Below, piece after piece: positions 25,633 through 36,600 of a stretch of 64,000 nt of DNA. The first letter of the stretch is position 1, and every line of letters begins with the position of its first letter. The stretch lies in IMG/VR virus record IMGVR_UViG_3300030376_004895, positions 1 to 64,000 of that record. One strand, written 5' to 3'. The notes under the pieces were generated by a model. The model did not search any database. It was given only the letters and a program-made list of their open reading frames with translations, and was not told the DNA's origin. Source of the DNA: a virus. Its lineage: Duplodnaviria > Caudoviricetes. The position numbers and the translations under genes are program-made.

Positions 25633-27087
25633 ATGGTGATTGCACAGACTCAGGCCGATACCACAAGGAAGTGGTATGACTACCAAGTCGTCACAAGTCC
25701 CTATGATGGTAGCAAGTTTCTCCGCCGATATGTGGAGAGGTTCAGCACAGTCAGTTTCTTCAATGAATACGCAGGATTACTCTCTTACTATTACGTTTTA
25801 GCCGCAAGCCTCGCCCCCTATGTCCGCATCCCTATTCATGGCGCATACATTGATTGCAGGTTGCACGTCTTCTGGATTCAATCTGCAAGATCAGGGAAAT
25901 CTGTTGCATATGAGTTCATGTCAAAGGTCTTGAAATTACTAAGCATAGATACTGAGAAGTTTAGTGCGGGTTCGGATGCCAAGATGATAGGGACTACTCA
26001 GGAGATAAAGGTGGTTGATCCAAAGACAGGGAAACCAACAGGAGCAATTGAGCATGAAGTAGTTCCAGGACTACTCAATGGCTACAAGACTCTTCTATTT
26101 GACGAAGCAAGCATCCTATTGAATGACAAGAAAGCATACTTCTCTGACAAGATCCTCTTTTTGCAACAAGCAATGGCTCCTATTGGGACAGAGACTAACG
26201 AACTCGTCAATCACTTGAAGGGTGCATCCGTTCATACTCCTTCTGGAGTCTCCCTTTGGGCCACCACCTATCCTCCAAAGGACATCATGCACCATGTTCT
26301 CGACAAGGGGTTCTTTCAGAGAGTGTATCTTTTCCAGAATGACATCTCTACTGAGACAAGGCAGACGACAAGCGAGCATAGAGTAGCAGGTGCTTACAAG
26401 CCCGTGCCTGAGAGGCTATGGTCTTACGAGAACATAGCAAACGAAATGGCGAGCATCAGAGATGATGTGAAAGCCCGACTATTCGCTGGTGCTGGTCTGA
26501 CTGAGGAAGAATACGATGCATTGTCCGATGGAGAGAAGGAAACGATAGCCCAGGATCATGCCTATGATACATTCACTCCTGGCCCTAACTATCACGTTGC
26601 CCTCCTGTCTGCCGTTGATGATTACTATTCCCTTATCCATTCCATCAAAGACCCAAACATCAAGCAAACTGCCATCGGATTCCTCCCAAATGTTGAGAAT
26701 TACACGATGATATTCGGCAATTTGATTGCAGCTACTATGAGATCATCAGTCATTACTGCCGAGCACATCCAGATGGCAAGCGAGATGATTTACGACAACC
26801 TCCACAATCTCATCATCTGGTTGGAACAGAAGCAAGACTTCAAGGTCGGCAAGAAGAGGCAAGCAGACATTAGGGCATGGCGAGAGGCATACGGCAAGTG
26901 CAAGAGGAAAGTCCACGAGAGAACCAATAGGGAAGTCGTGCGAAAGTCTGACTTGGAGAAGATGTATTCCACTCTCAATGGCGTGAGTGTCAAGACGGCT
27001 CGAAGAAGGTTGGATGACATGATGAAGGCAAAAATGGCAATACGAGTGGCAGAAGGAAAGAATGCCTTCATCTCATTGGAGGCTTGA
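25633..27087 (+). CDS. MCM-like AAA+ helicase
   Basis: QSARSGKS, LLFDEA, GFFQRV, C-terminal winged helix. Confidence 0.7.
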   Translation: MVIAQTQADTTRKWYDYQVVTSPYDGSKFLRRYVERFSTVSFFNEYAGLLSYYYVLAASLAPYVRIPIHGAYIDCRLHVFWIQSARSGKSVAYEFMSKVLKLLSIDTEKFSAGSDAKMIGTTQEIKVVDPKTGKPTGAIEHEVVPGLLNGYKTLLFDEASILLNDKKAYFSDKILFLQQAMAPIGTETNELVNHLKGASVHTPSGVSLWATTYPPKDIMHHVLDKGFFQRVYLFQNDISTETRQTTSEHRVAGAYKPVPERLWSYENIANEMASIRDDVKARLFAGAGLTEEEYDALSDGEKETIAQDHAYDTFTPGPNYHVALLSAVDDYYSLIHSIKDPNIKQTAIGFLPNVENYTMIFGNLIAATMRSSVITAEHIQMASEMIYDNLHNLIIWLEQKQDFKVGKKRQADIRAWREAYGKCKRKVHERTNREVVRKSDLEKMYSTLNGVSVKTARRRLDDMMKAKMAIRVAEGKNAFISLEA

Positions 27088-27773
27088 TGATGAAAGACTT
27101 GGAAGATTGGATGTCAAAGAATAACCTCCTGGCATTCAGGGCATTCTCTGCTACTGATGCGAGCGATCTGCCAACGGGTTGGACTGAACCAACAAAATTC
27201 ACATTGGAGGCAGTAGCAGTATTCGATGGCCGACAGATGATACTCTTCACCGATGAAGTCCACAGGATGCTCATCAAGGACAAATCGACAAAGACCATGC
27301 CATTGGATAGTATTTCTGAAGAATTTGCGGCAGGTTTCGCAAACAAACCGCCCACTCTGATCGGCTATGGCTCATCCAAATTTGACCTACCGCTATTGAG
27401 ACATCATCACCCCATCTTCAAGCAATCAAATCACATTGATCTGAGTAAGATAGCCACCGATGCATCAGAGATACACTATGGGAGCTATGGGAGGAGGTAT
27501 GACTTGCGTAGCCTGGCAACGACTAACCGCCGAAAGCAAACGGCCATGCCTCACCTCTCATTGATGATGAAACCCATTGCTCTGTTCTCTGAATGGAGGC
27601 GTGGGTTGGCTCGCAATGTCATACGGACTCTCGCCGCAGAGGTTGAGTTGATCGCAGAGTTATACTGCTACGTCAAGACCAGAGAAGAAATCAGAATAAT
27701 TGATGAGAGGACAGACAGGCCCGTCACCGTGAATTGCGCTTTTGTGAGGGATCCCATAGGGGAGGAGGAGTAG
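27084..27773 (+). CDS. YprB/RNase H-like 3'-5' exonuclease homologue, degenerate
   Basis: LIGYGSSKFDLPLL, HIDL, EWRRG; ExoI DxE reads FRAF. Confidence 0.6.
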   Translation: MMMKDLEDWMSKNNLLAFRAFSATDASDLPTGWTEPTKFTLEAVAVFDGRQMILFTDEVHRMLIKDKSTKTMPLDSISEEFAAGFANKPPTLIGYGSSKFDLPLLRHHHPIFKQSNHIDLSKIATDASEIHYGSYGRRYDLRSLATTNRRKQTAMPHLSLMMKPIALFSEWRRGLARNVIRTLAAEVELIAELYCYVKTREEIRIIDERTDRPVTVNCAFVRDPIGEEE

Positions 27774-27774
27774 T

Positions 27775-28041
27775 ATGCCCCGAAGAGTTTGGCCCTGGTT
27801 GAGTCTCATTGACAATTGGGAAGATTTGCCCCCTTCTGTTAGAGGGCATTTGAGCGTGGGGAATTGGCATTATGTGCCTGAGCGAACAGAAGACATACAT
27901 GGCAAGATTTACTTCACACTTCATGGGCGGATTAAACCCAAAAAATGGGTTTGGGATGACAAGCTAACTGTTTCAACAGGTGATGGCTATCGTTTTCTTG
28001 AAATAATTTACAGAGATGATCCCGATTGGAAGGATGCGTAA
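27775..28041 (+). CDS. Trp-rich hypothetical protein
   Basis: 88 aa, GGAGGAG SD. Confidence 0.6.
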   Translation: MPRRVWPWLSLIDNWEDLPPSVRGHLSVGNWHYVPERTEDIHGKIYFTLHGRIKPKKWVWDDKLTVSTGDGYRFLEIIYRDDPDWKDA

Positions 28042-28178
28042 TGCCCTGGATCTGTGACAACCCCAAGTGCGACAGAGAAATCAAAGGATTCAGGAATGGC
28101 CGAACCCTATGTCACGTCTGTCGGAGAGTCCGTGAGCGTCTGAAGACCAAGAAGACATGGAATGGCAAGGTGATCTGA
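28041..28178 (+). CDS. 45-aa zinc-finger microprotein
   Basis: CDNPKC...CHVC; not in ORF track. Confidence 0.6.
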   Translation: MPWICDNPKCDREIKGFRNGRTLCHVCRRVRERLKTKKTWNGKVI

Positions 28179-28472
28179 TTGGATAAAGCAATGAAAGAAT
28201 GGTTAGAAGCCAACCCGACATATGATAAGAGAAGCCTAACCAAGAGCACACGAACCATAGGTCAAATCAAAACGGTTCTTTCAGAAGAAAGCCCGCTAAC
28301 TGCTGGTGACATTGTGGTAGCCATGAAAAAGAAATGGAAACGAATCCCCACTCTTCAGCAAATTAATAACTTGTTATGCAAAAACAAACATGATTTTCAA
28401 AAGGTCGGCAAAATAAAAATCAAAGTCTCCTGGGGTCGTGACTATAGTGTCAATCTTTGGATAGCGATTTAA
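28179..28472 (+). CDS. Winged-helix DNA-binding protein
   Basis: TAGDIV..PTLQQINNLLCKN..FQKVG; resembles 10028..10297. Confidence 0.7.
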   Translation: MDKAMKEWLEANPTYDKRSLTKSTRTIGQIKTVLSEESPLTAGDIVVAMKKKWKRIPTLQQINNLLCKNKHDFQKVGKIKIKVSWGRDYSVNLWIAI

Positions 28473-28720
28473 CGCTTAGTTTCCTTACGGCTTCCACCTG
28501 CACCTAGTTGCCTTCTCATCTTAGGTCGCACGTTGCCTCGTGTCTTGTTCCTAGCGTATCTCTTGCGAGTCCTGCCACGCTTGACCTTGCGGCTCTGGTT
28601 CCATGCCCTAGCCTTGCCAGCCCTCTCTGCCCTGCCGCTAATGGTATTCTTCGAGTAGCCCTGGAACTTCCCCTTCTCCTCTGACTTCATTGAGTCCCAC
28701 GCTTCATCGAACGCACTCAT
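28469..28720 (-). CDS. Arg/Lys-rich small protein
   Basis: Start MSAFDEAW (ATG 28720, ATGA overlap); very basic C-terminus. Confidence 0.7.
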   Translation of the reverse strand: MSAFDEAWDSMKSEEKGKFQGYSKNTISGRAERAGKARAWNQSRKVKRGRTRKRYARNKTRGNVRPKMRRQLGAGGSRKETKR

Positions 28721-28893
28721 GATGCCACCTTCAACCTGGGCTTGAGCTTCTTCCAGACCTCTTCGCATAGCGGGCATTCCCATAGGAATATCCTATCCCT
28801 TGATCCGGCATAGAATCCATTGATGCGATATGCAAGGACACGATTACCACAACCAGGACAGTCTTGGCTAATCTTATCCTGATATTTCTTCAT
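28717..28893 (-). CDS. 58-aa TFS/RpoM-like zinc ribbon
   Basis: CPGC-x24-CPLC-xxVW; overlap-coupled on both sides; not in ORF track. Confidence 0.65.
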   Translation of the reverse strand: MKKYQDKISQDCPGCGNRVLAYRINGFYAGSRDRIFLWECPLCEEVWKKLKPRLKVAS

Positions 28894-29975
28894 CCTGTGT
28901 GCCCCGCATGAACGTAGGAGATCCTAACGTGAGTTGGTGTGCCTGTGTATCCGAGAGAACCATTGACTGTCACCACGTTAGCAGAAATAGTATAGTCCGT
29001 GCCTTGAACGAGAGTAGCGATGTGTCTAGGTGTCGATGTCTTGTAGATCGTGACCTCCATAAGTTTGGTCGTTCCTTCATCTTGGGAACCAAGTGGACTG
29101 TATGTTAGAGTCACATTCTTCTGTGAACCATCGTAAGTGTCCGTCTTGATAGATGTCCTATGCGTGGGTGTAATCTGATACGCACCGCCTGTTCCCGATT
29201 GATTGACTCTCAGATCTGATTGATAGAACAGGTGAGTGCCACCACTACCGTCAGGATATGAACCAAGTCCTGCAGGATCGCGGGCGAAGACAAAACCCAT
29301 GTCCGTTATTGGCAGATTCCCTGCATTCCCTGAGTTGAGGTTGTTCGCGGGCATCGTTGCATTCCCTGCTCCATTGACGAGAGCTGAGAGTGGCATTGGC
29401 CCTGGGCGTAGGAATACTCTCTTGTCCTCAAGGGATGCAACCTCGACTTGGTTGCTATTGTAGTGCAATCTTGCCGATGCTAGGACTATTGTTTGGTTAG
29501 CAAGATGCCCCGAGGGACTCTGAGGGTATGCTCCCGATGAAACATCAATCGCGTTGCCATAGGTGAAACCAATGTTGTTTGTCCTGGTTGGATCGAAGAA
29601 CACCAGAAGGATTCTCTCATGATTAGCAGACAAAGTAGGAGCTGTTGATGAGTTATACGTTGCATACCTAGCCGTTGCCGTCACTACATGGTATGTAGTC
29701 TGACTTATGGAATAGAACACCCCATCCACTACGATAGTCCCTGCTGCTACTACAATCGACTGTGATCCTGATTTAGAACAGGCGCAATTTCCGGTAGTGG
29801 ATGAGTTTCTGCTTCCTGAGTTGTAATCATTGGAAACGACAGGGACGACACCATTCAACAATCCACGTTCATTGAAATTAGTCAGAGTAGGGCTTGCAAG
29901 GACATCAGTATCTCTCAGGCCATCTGTCTGATATGATTGCGTGGCTTTCTCGTGACCTTCACCCAAACCTGCCAT
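28890..29975 (-). CDS. Virion tail/baseplate-associated protein
   Basis: Beta-rich, IVVAAGTIVVDG pattern; ATG 29975 after GGAGGAG. Confidence 0.65.
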   Translation of the reverse strand: MAGLGEGHEKATQSYQTDGLRDTDVLASPTLTNFNERGLLNGVVPVVSNDYNSGSRNSSTTGNCACSKSGSQSIVVAAGTIVVDGVFYSISQTTYHVVTATARYATYNSSTAPTLSANHERILLVFFDPTRTNNIGFTYGNAIDVSSGAYPQSPSGHLANQTIVLASARLHYNSNQVEVASLEDKRVFLRPGPMPLSALVNGAGNATMPANNLNSGNAGNLPITDMGFVFARDPAGLGSYPDGSGGTHLFYQSDLRVNQSGTGGAYQITPTHRTSIKTDTYDGSQKNVTLTYSPLGSQDEGTTKLMEVTIYKTSTPRHIATLVQGTDYTISANVVTVNGSLGYTGTPTHVRISYVHAGHTG

Positions 29976-29977
29976 AT

Positions 29978-30340
29978 TCACTCCTCCTCCGTGTTGTCAG
30001 GACTGACAGGTTTTTCCTCAATTTGGGGCGGCGGCGAATTTTGGCACTCATGCCTCAACTGCTGTTCGTGTGCGGCGAAGTCCTCCGGTGCTCCATCGAA
30101 CTTGCGTGGCCTCCTTGCCTGGAAGCCACACCTGCGGCATATCGACATCTCCACATCCAATGCCTTGTCCACCTCATGATCCTGTATCACTTCAATCATG
30201 TCTGCCTTCCTCATGCCAACCGCAACTGGCTCTTTCAGGTTCCTCAATGCATATCGCAATTGCTTCACCGTTGTCTTAGCGTAGTCATCAATGTATAGAG
30301 TAGTGTCATAATCAGGACGGATCATAATAAACGGCATCAT
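29978..30340 (-). CDS. HeH/Rho-N-like plus zinc-finger protein
   Basis: TTVKQLRYAL..RKADMIEVI; CRRC..HEC. Confidence 0.55.
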   Translation of the reverse strand: MMPFIMIRPDYDTTLYIDDYAKTTVKQLRYALRNLKEPVAVGMRKADMIEVIQDHEVDKALDVEMSICRRCGFQARRPRKFDGAPEDFAAHEQQLRHECQNSPPPQIEEKPVSPDNTEEE

Positions 30341-30681
30341 CGCACCTCCATGAGAACATCAACCTTGATTTCATTCGTTGTGCCTTTGTTGATTGGTAAG
30401 AATGTTGCCCGATATGCAGGAGTGTCCAGCGCAGTATCTCCATGCAGGGCTATTTCCTTGATTGCCTGGGATGATGTCTGTTGCGTATCGAAGTTAGCGG
30501 ATATGGCGAGAGTCCTGTCATCTATCTTTGTGACCTCTGGAGTGACGGTGATCTGAGGAGTCCCTGCTCCGCCATCCCTGCTCGATGCATCACCTCCACT
30601 CGAACCAAGAGTCATGCGTGTGACTATTGTGGACAGATGGTCGGTCAGGGCGGACTTGAGTGAGTCTAACACTGGCATCAT
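30337..30681 (-). CDS. Tail-collar/fibre-attachment-like small protein
   Basis: MTLGSSG..IKEIAL..RATFLPINK pattern. Confidence 0.6.
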   Translation of the reverse strand: MMPVLDSLKSALTDHLSTIVTRMTLGSSGGDASSRDGGAGTPQITVTPEVTKIDDRTLAISANFDTQQTSSQAIKEIALHGDTALDTPAYRATFLPINKGTTNEIKVDVLMEVR

Positions 30682-33600
30682 TTCACCTCGTAATACAAAC
30701 TCTTGCTGGCCCCGATGGGTCGCCCCCGCTTGTTCCCGTCACGCACCCCTATTTTCCCCATTCCATTAGTGTGTTTCGCCCCTATAATGAATCCGGCGTT
30801 GCTTACATTACGCACGAATACCTTGTGAACAGCTACTACATTGATGCCACTAGACATTGAAATCTCTGCCACATCCACTACTGTTCCTGCCGCCCCATCG
30901 AGAGGTGCAGAGTTTCCAGATACTGCTTGGAGATCAGAGAGGATTCCCTCTATCCCCTTGTCATATTGGCCTACGATGAAGTCACTCTTGAGATTGGTGT
31001 AGTCGTGCCTTGCTTCAAAGACCGCATACTCTCCTCGTAGCCCATGAGTAGGTAGTTCGAGAGAGATTATCTCTCCTGGTTGTATTGAGGATGCCTTGAA
31101 TGCTCCTTGTAATGTGACAAGTGGTGCGCTATTCTCTGATCGTGCGAGGATTGACTTGGCTAATTTGAGTGCTTCAGCATTTGTCTTCAGACCTGGTATC
31201 TCTTGGCGTAAGGTGCGAACCATATTGTTCCTGGCTCCTCTGCTTGCTTCTTTCTTCATGCGTTCCAAGTCCTTGACGACTACGAAGACTCTCTCATTCT
31301 CAGCAAGAGGGTCGCCAACGACTACTATCTCATTGGGAGAATCAAACATCTTGCTAACTGACACACTCTGTATAGCACTACCTAATCCTAATGTGGTTCC
31401 TCTGTTGGTGAAATTAGCAGACGAATACACTAACGCACCGTTCTTCTCGTTCACAAGTTGCTTCCCATCAATCTGTGTCAAGTTTCTGATAATCTCCATG
31501 ATGTTCAGACCTCTTGTCTTTCTCGCCGTGAATACATTCGAGTGATCAGAGATTAATCTCAATGAGGGGTGTGCATCGAGTGTCGAAGACATCTCTCTGT
31601 CCTTTGACAAGAGTGCATTGGTTGGTGTCACATTGAAACCCGCCAAGTCAGAACCTGCATCATTGAGCAGGGTCATAGTGGCATCGCTTGTCCTTATCCC
31701 TACGAAGCCGAGCTGACCCATCAGTATCGGACCAGGCATGAGTCCCAAATCAGAGATACTGTCTGCGGCTATATTCCTGAATTGCAAGAAGGTCGATAGC
31801 TCGTCTGTTTCAACTCCAGCAATCCTTAGTGAGAATCCGCTTGTGTCATACAAGTAAGGTGGGAAGTGAGAGTCTGTCAATGTCTTTCCATCGAATCTTA
31901 TAGCCGTTATAGAAGGGGAGGAGGTTTTGACCTGGGCAGCGGTCTTTCCATTCTCTATCAGTATTGGACGTTGGTTCACCATCATGAAGTCTGATGGATC
32001 ATACTCCATCAAACCCCTGTATGATAGAGTGGTTTGTTTGACCTCATCCAAAGTCGTATCATAACGGTTCCACAAAGAGGAGGTTTGCTTTGCCAACACG
32101 ATTGAATTGTCGATGAAAGTGGGCGATACTAAGTGAGGGACGGTTAGTGATCTCAGATCCGAAAGGGACGAGGGGGTTGCAGAATCGGAAGCGTTGCTTG
32201 AATAGTATCGTAGTATCTTGCCTGTCAAATCGGCAACACCTGTGCTGTTAGTGACTCCTGTTAGTTTGTTTCGGGTCTTGCCTGTATAATGCACTTCTCT
32301 ATGGCCGACTAAGAATAGCGTCCCTGCTGTTGGAAGCATAGATGCATCCTTCAAGAATACATTCGACCCAACGTGCTTCGTGACCTCAAACTGAGGATAG
32401 ATTCGCATCGAAGTGTCCATGTGAGTATGAGTCACGGCATCGGGTGTCGTCTGCTTGACGAAATCCCCTGCTATGCCTGTCCCTTCGGCTCTGTATCGAG
32501 TTTCCGACTGATGGAGGCTCTCACCCCCTCCTGGGTGGGTAGTCTGCGAGTATCGTGCCTCTATCTCAGGGTTGAACTCTCCATCGACAGTCTTGCGAAC
32601 GGCATCGGACTTGAAGAATTGGAGCATGGACGCACTAGGGAGAAGATGGAACACGGCATCTAACTCATTTGCATCCGGCCAGGTCATCTCGAATACACCT
32701 TCTGCCGTGCTTATGTATTGTAGCGTCCCAATGGATTGTTCCATGTCTGCCTCGAATACTCCGTAGCGATTGTCCCTGGTGAATGGTTGATACTCCGTGT
32801 CGGCATCACCGAGGGATGATCGTGCGCCATGCACCCATCCATCCTGTAGTAAGTCCGATGCGAACCCGAATAGCTTGAGAGGTCTTACGGGGCGCACGAA
32901 GTAGTCAATTGACCTCCTCTTCTGATTGGATGTCGTAGCATTTCCCTCTGTCCCATAGATGTCTGTCGTCAGGATTCCTTCTTCAGTCCGGTTCAGGTAT
33001 GTCTTTCTTAGGATGTATGTTCCACCCCAGGGTGGGAGATCGCCCGAACCTCTTACGGCCCATGCATCCTTCGCATGAGTCTTGGCCGCATTTAGAACGG
33101 CAGGGTTTGCGGGTAGTGTGACTGTCGCAGATACATCGCCATTCGATCCACTACCACTCATCACTATGTCCGGTGCGGTGGTGTAGCCCGAACCACCGTT
33201 TGATATGCTGACTGTTGCTAACGGCCCTGTCGAGTCTAGTGAGGCGGTGATAGTCTGTGCGGTTCCACCACCGGCAAGATTAGTGGTCGCTGTGACCGTA
33301 GGTACTGATGTGTATCCACTTCCGTTGTTCGTCACATTGACGGCAGTTATCGTGCGAGTAGTCGGATGGCCCGTGTTGATGCTCGCAGTTAGCGAAGCCC
33401 CTCCTGATCCTGCTACTGTCACCGCAGGGGCGGAGGTGTATCCATCGCCCGCATTGTTCAGAGTGACTGAGGCTATCGTTCCACTCGTGTTCATACCAAT
33501 ATCGGCATTGGCGGCAGATTGAGTGCTGCTATCAATCCCATGTCCAAGAGAACTTGCTGTGGTTATTTGTATGACTTTGGTTCCGCTATTCGTGAATCCT

Positions 33601-36600
33601 GCACCTGCGGCAGTTAGAGAGTATGTAGTTGCTTGGTAGCCCTTCCCTGAGATGTAGGTATAGCCAATCTTGCCTGTTGCAACCGTTGTATGAGCAGGGC
33701 TAGTTTGAGTGATCTGGAACAGAACTGTGCTGCCTGATGCCCCAACTCCGTTCTGACTCAATGTCCTTATCTTGCTTCCAGAACCGAAAGAGAAAGACGA
33801 CACATGAAAAAGTGTCACTCCTGTGAACGAGTGGTTTGAACCCGCAGTAGTAGTCCCTGTGTATGTGAATGATAGTGTATTTGCCCCATCTCCTATGTAT
33901 GCTGTGCCGCTTGAGGGCCATGAGTTAAGAGGGTTGCCCGATGCCAATGTTATGGTTCCTCCGGTGAATGAGTAAGGCCCACTTCCAGTGCTAGCAACAG
34001 TCATGTTCGTGACTAAATCGGGATGCGACCCTGGCTCAATAGTCAATTGCACGTCACTAACTCCATTCCCTGCGACAGTAGGGTTTGTCATCGACACGCC
34101 GAAGGACAAAACGGCTGTTGCCGTTGCTGTCGTGTTCCCTGGGGTGGCAGATTGGGGTGTGGCTACGGTCAGAGCAGGTGCAGAGCTGTATGATCCACCG
34201 GAGGATACTGCTATGCCGGACAGGGGCTTGCCATCAGGACTCAGAGTGTATGTCCCTGCGGCCCCCGAACCACCACCGCCCGAGAATGATAGGTTTTTGT
34301 TTTGCACTCCCGAACCTGTGTATTGTTGGGAGGAGTTCGTGGCAAAAGAGAGGCCGTTGTTTGGAATTGACGTAGTAGTGGTGTATGTCCCTGAGAATCC
34401 TGACCCTCCACCACCACCTGTGGCGGTAAGTGTGCCACTTGGGAAGGTATAGCCTGACCCTGGCTCATCAAGGGAGAGTGCAGATACTTGCGCCCCCCCA
34501 TCACCCTTGTCGTCTTTCGCATCGGGACTCCATGTGGGCAACGTGTAGGGGTTGCTAATGGTTTGACTTGTTGGGCTTGAGGGATTGATTGTCATGTTAT
34601 GTGTAGTGAACTTCGCATTCACCGACCAGGAAGGCATGACGGGGAAGTGTTGGCCTACTATCAGATCACTATTCAGGGACGCGGCTTTCGTGGAGATGAC
34701 TGAGTATTGGGTTTTCTTATTGTCCTGACGCTCGCTCTCAGTCTGTATAACGAACCCTAATCGTGGTTCTGTGCGTGACTGAACCTGCCTGTGGTCGCTT
34801 ATTTCCGAGAGAGGGATAGGTGTGAGGCTATTGATAGTGGCATTCGTGTGCGTTCCAATGCCCCATCCTGTGGTGGGATAGTGGACGTTTGATGTGTTTG
34901 AGTGGTCTATCGCAGATGCATTCGTGTGCAGAGCGTTGCCTTTGAGGTGGTGGAAACCTCCGCCTACTCCGAATTGTGACGAGCTAGTAGCAGAAGGAGA
35001 GTTGCTCTGAGAGTAGGAGTTTGAGCCGGTGTATTGCGTCAAATCAATGAAAGGATCAGACCCCTTGTTCATTGGAATGGCCTTCAATGGCTCATTAGTC
35101 CCTTTGTCTGGATCAGTCTTAGACTCCCAAACCCCCGCAGGGAGTGACGTAGGCTTGACTAACCCCGCAGATTCGATACCTAGTGTCAAACCCATGCCAA
35201 TCGGTTGTTCTGACCCCATTGGTCTCTTGTTGCTCCTCCTGATTACACTTGAGAACGGTGTTGCTTCGGCAGTATGTGAGGTTAGGACTACACCGACAGG
35301 CATAGTCCTCTCCACCCCATTGTAGTCCGCAGGGAATACCCAGGAGTCGCCGTGAGTAGTGACGTTGGGCAATTTATTCATTGAATCGTGAATCCCTCCA
35401 TCGAATCTCCCCTTCCCATAGACTGGTTGATTGGCAGCTTGATTCTCATTGGGATCTCCGGCAAGCATATCCAGAGCATCCGATCCGGTTCGGAAACCCC
35501 ATGCTCTAACGGGCAATCTCCTACTGTAATCATATGCGACCATACTATCAACAACGGAAACATACTTCGTGAATGAAACGCTGTCAGTATCGGTGTCGTA
35601 AGATATGTTCACACCCGATCTCTCAGGATTTATCCCATCGCCTATACCTTCGCCCCTAGTATGTCGCACATTCTCATACTCTCTCTTCAGACGTAGGGTT
35701 CCCTGGGGTTCCCTAACAGTAGTATGACCCATGAGAACAGCATTAGCAGACTTCAATCCGACTATATTCCCATGCCCTCCTGCATTCAATCCATTGTATC
35801 CATAGTTCTGCAACCATTGTGTGACATATATTCTCTCGAAGGGTAGGGCATCCTCTGCCTGTGCAGTAGTAGTAGGGTTGGAGTGGTTGCGGAGGTAGAG
35901 GCTCCTCGTAGGGGGGTAGTTGAGAGAGCGAGGAGCACCTGCCTCCCTGTATCTGAAGGTCATGTAGTGCTCTCGACTCGTTCCGAGTAGTGCCGGATGA
36001 CTGTATTCGGCCAACCAATGGCATAGGAATGCGTCTGGAACACACCCTGTCCCTGTGTTGTCCTTACCTAGTAGTGCAAAATCACCATTTGTAGCAGTTA
36101 TACCACCACTACCCCCTGGTGTAAGGGCCGCTAAGTTGAGGTATTCGGGGTCGTGACACAGGAGTGGAGGCACAGTAGCCAATTCTGTTCCAGAACGGGG
36201 AACTGCAACGCCTTCTTCAAGCCCTAAAACGAAGTAAGCAGAGGTTCCTGAGTCAATTACAGGGGCAATTGGACGGCCTCCGGCGAGAGTGTAGTCACCG
36301 AGAACGAAGCCGTTCGTTATGGCCTCAGAACTTGTGTTATATCGGCTCCCACCGGACAAAGCAGAGGCTAAAGTGAGCCTAGTTGGCCCCGAATTTGAGG
36401 TCGTGGTGCGACTTGAGGCAGCTCTCCGCACCAAATGACCCGCACCAATGGTTTCTGTGTGCTCCTGACCAGGGGCTACGAGGTAGTCTAAATCGGTTCT
36501 AGGGGTGACGCTAGAGTAGGTTGCCTTCACATCAGGTAGTCTGAAACCTGAGATTTCTGACCCAGGAACGCCATCTGAGGCAAAGGAACCATTGGCACGG

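Noticed and set aside
545-27355. Most - strand ORFs in the left arm (e.g. 1474, 4637, 6362, 25283)
   Set aside because: Shadows of well-supported + strand genes; only 7100..7405 has an SD and motifs
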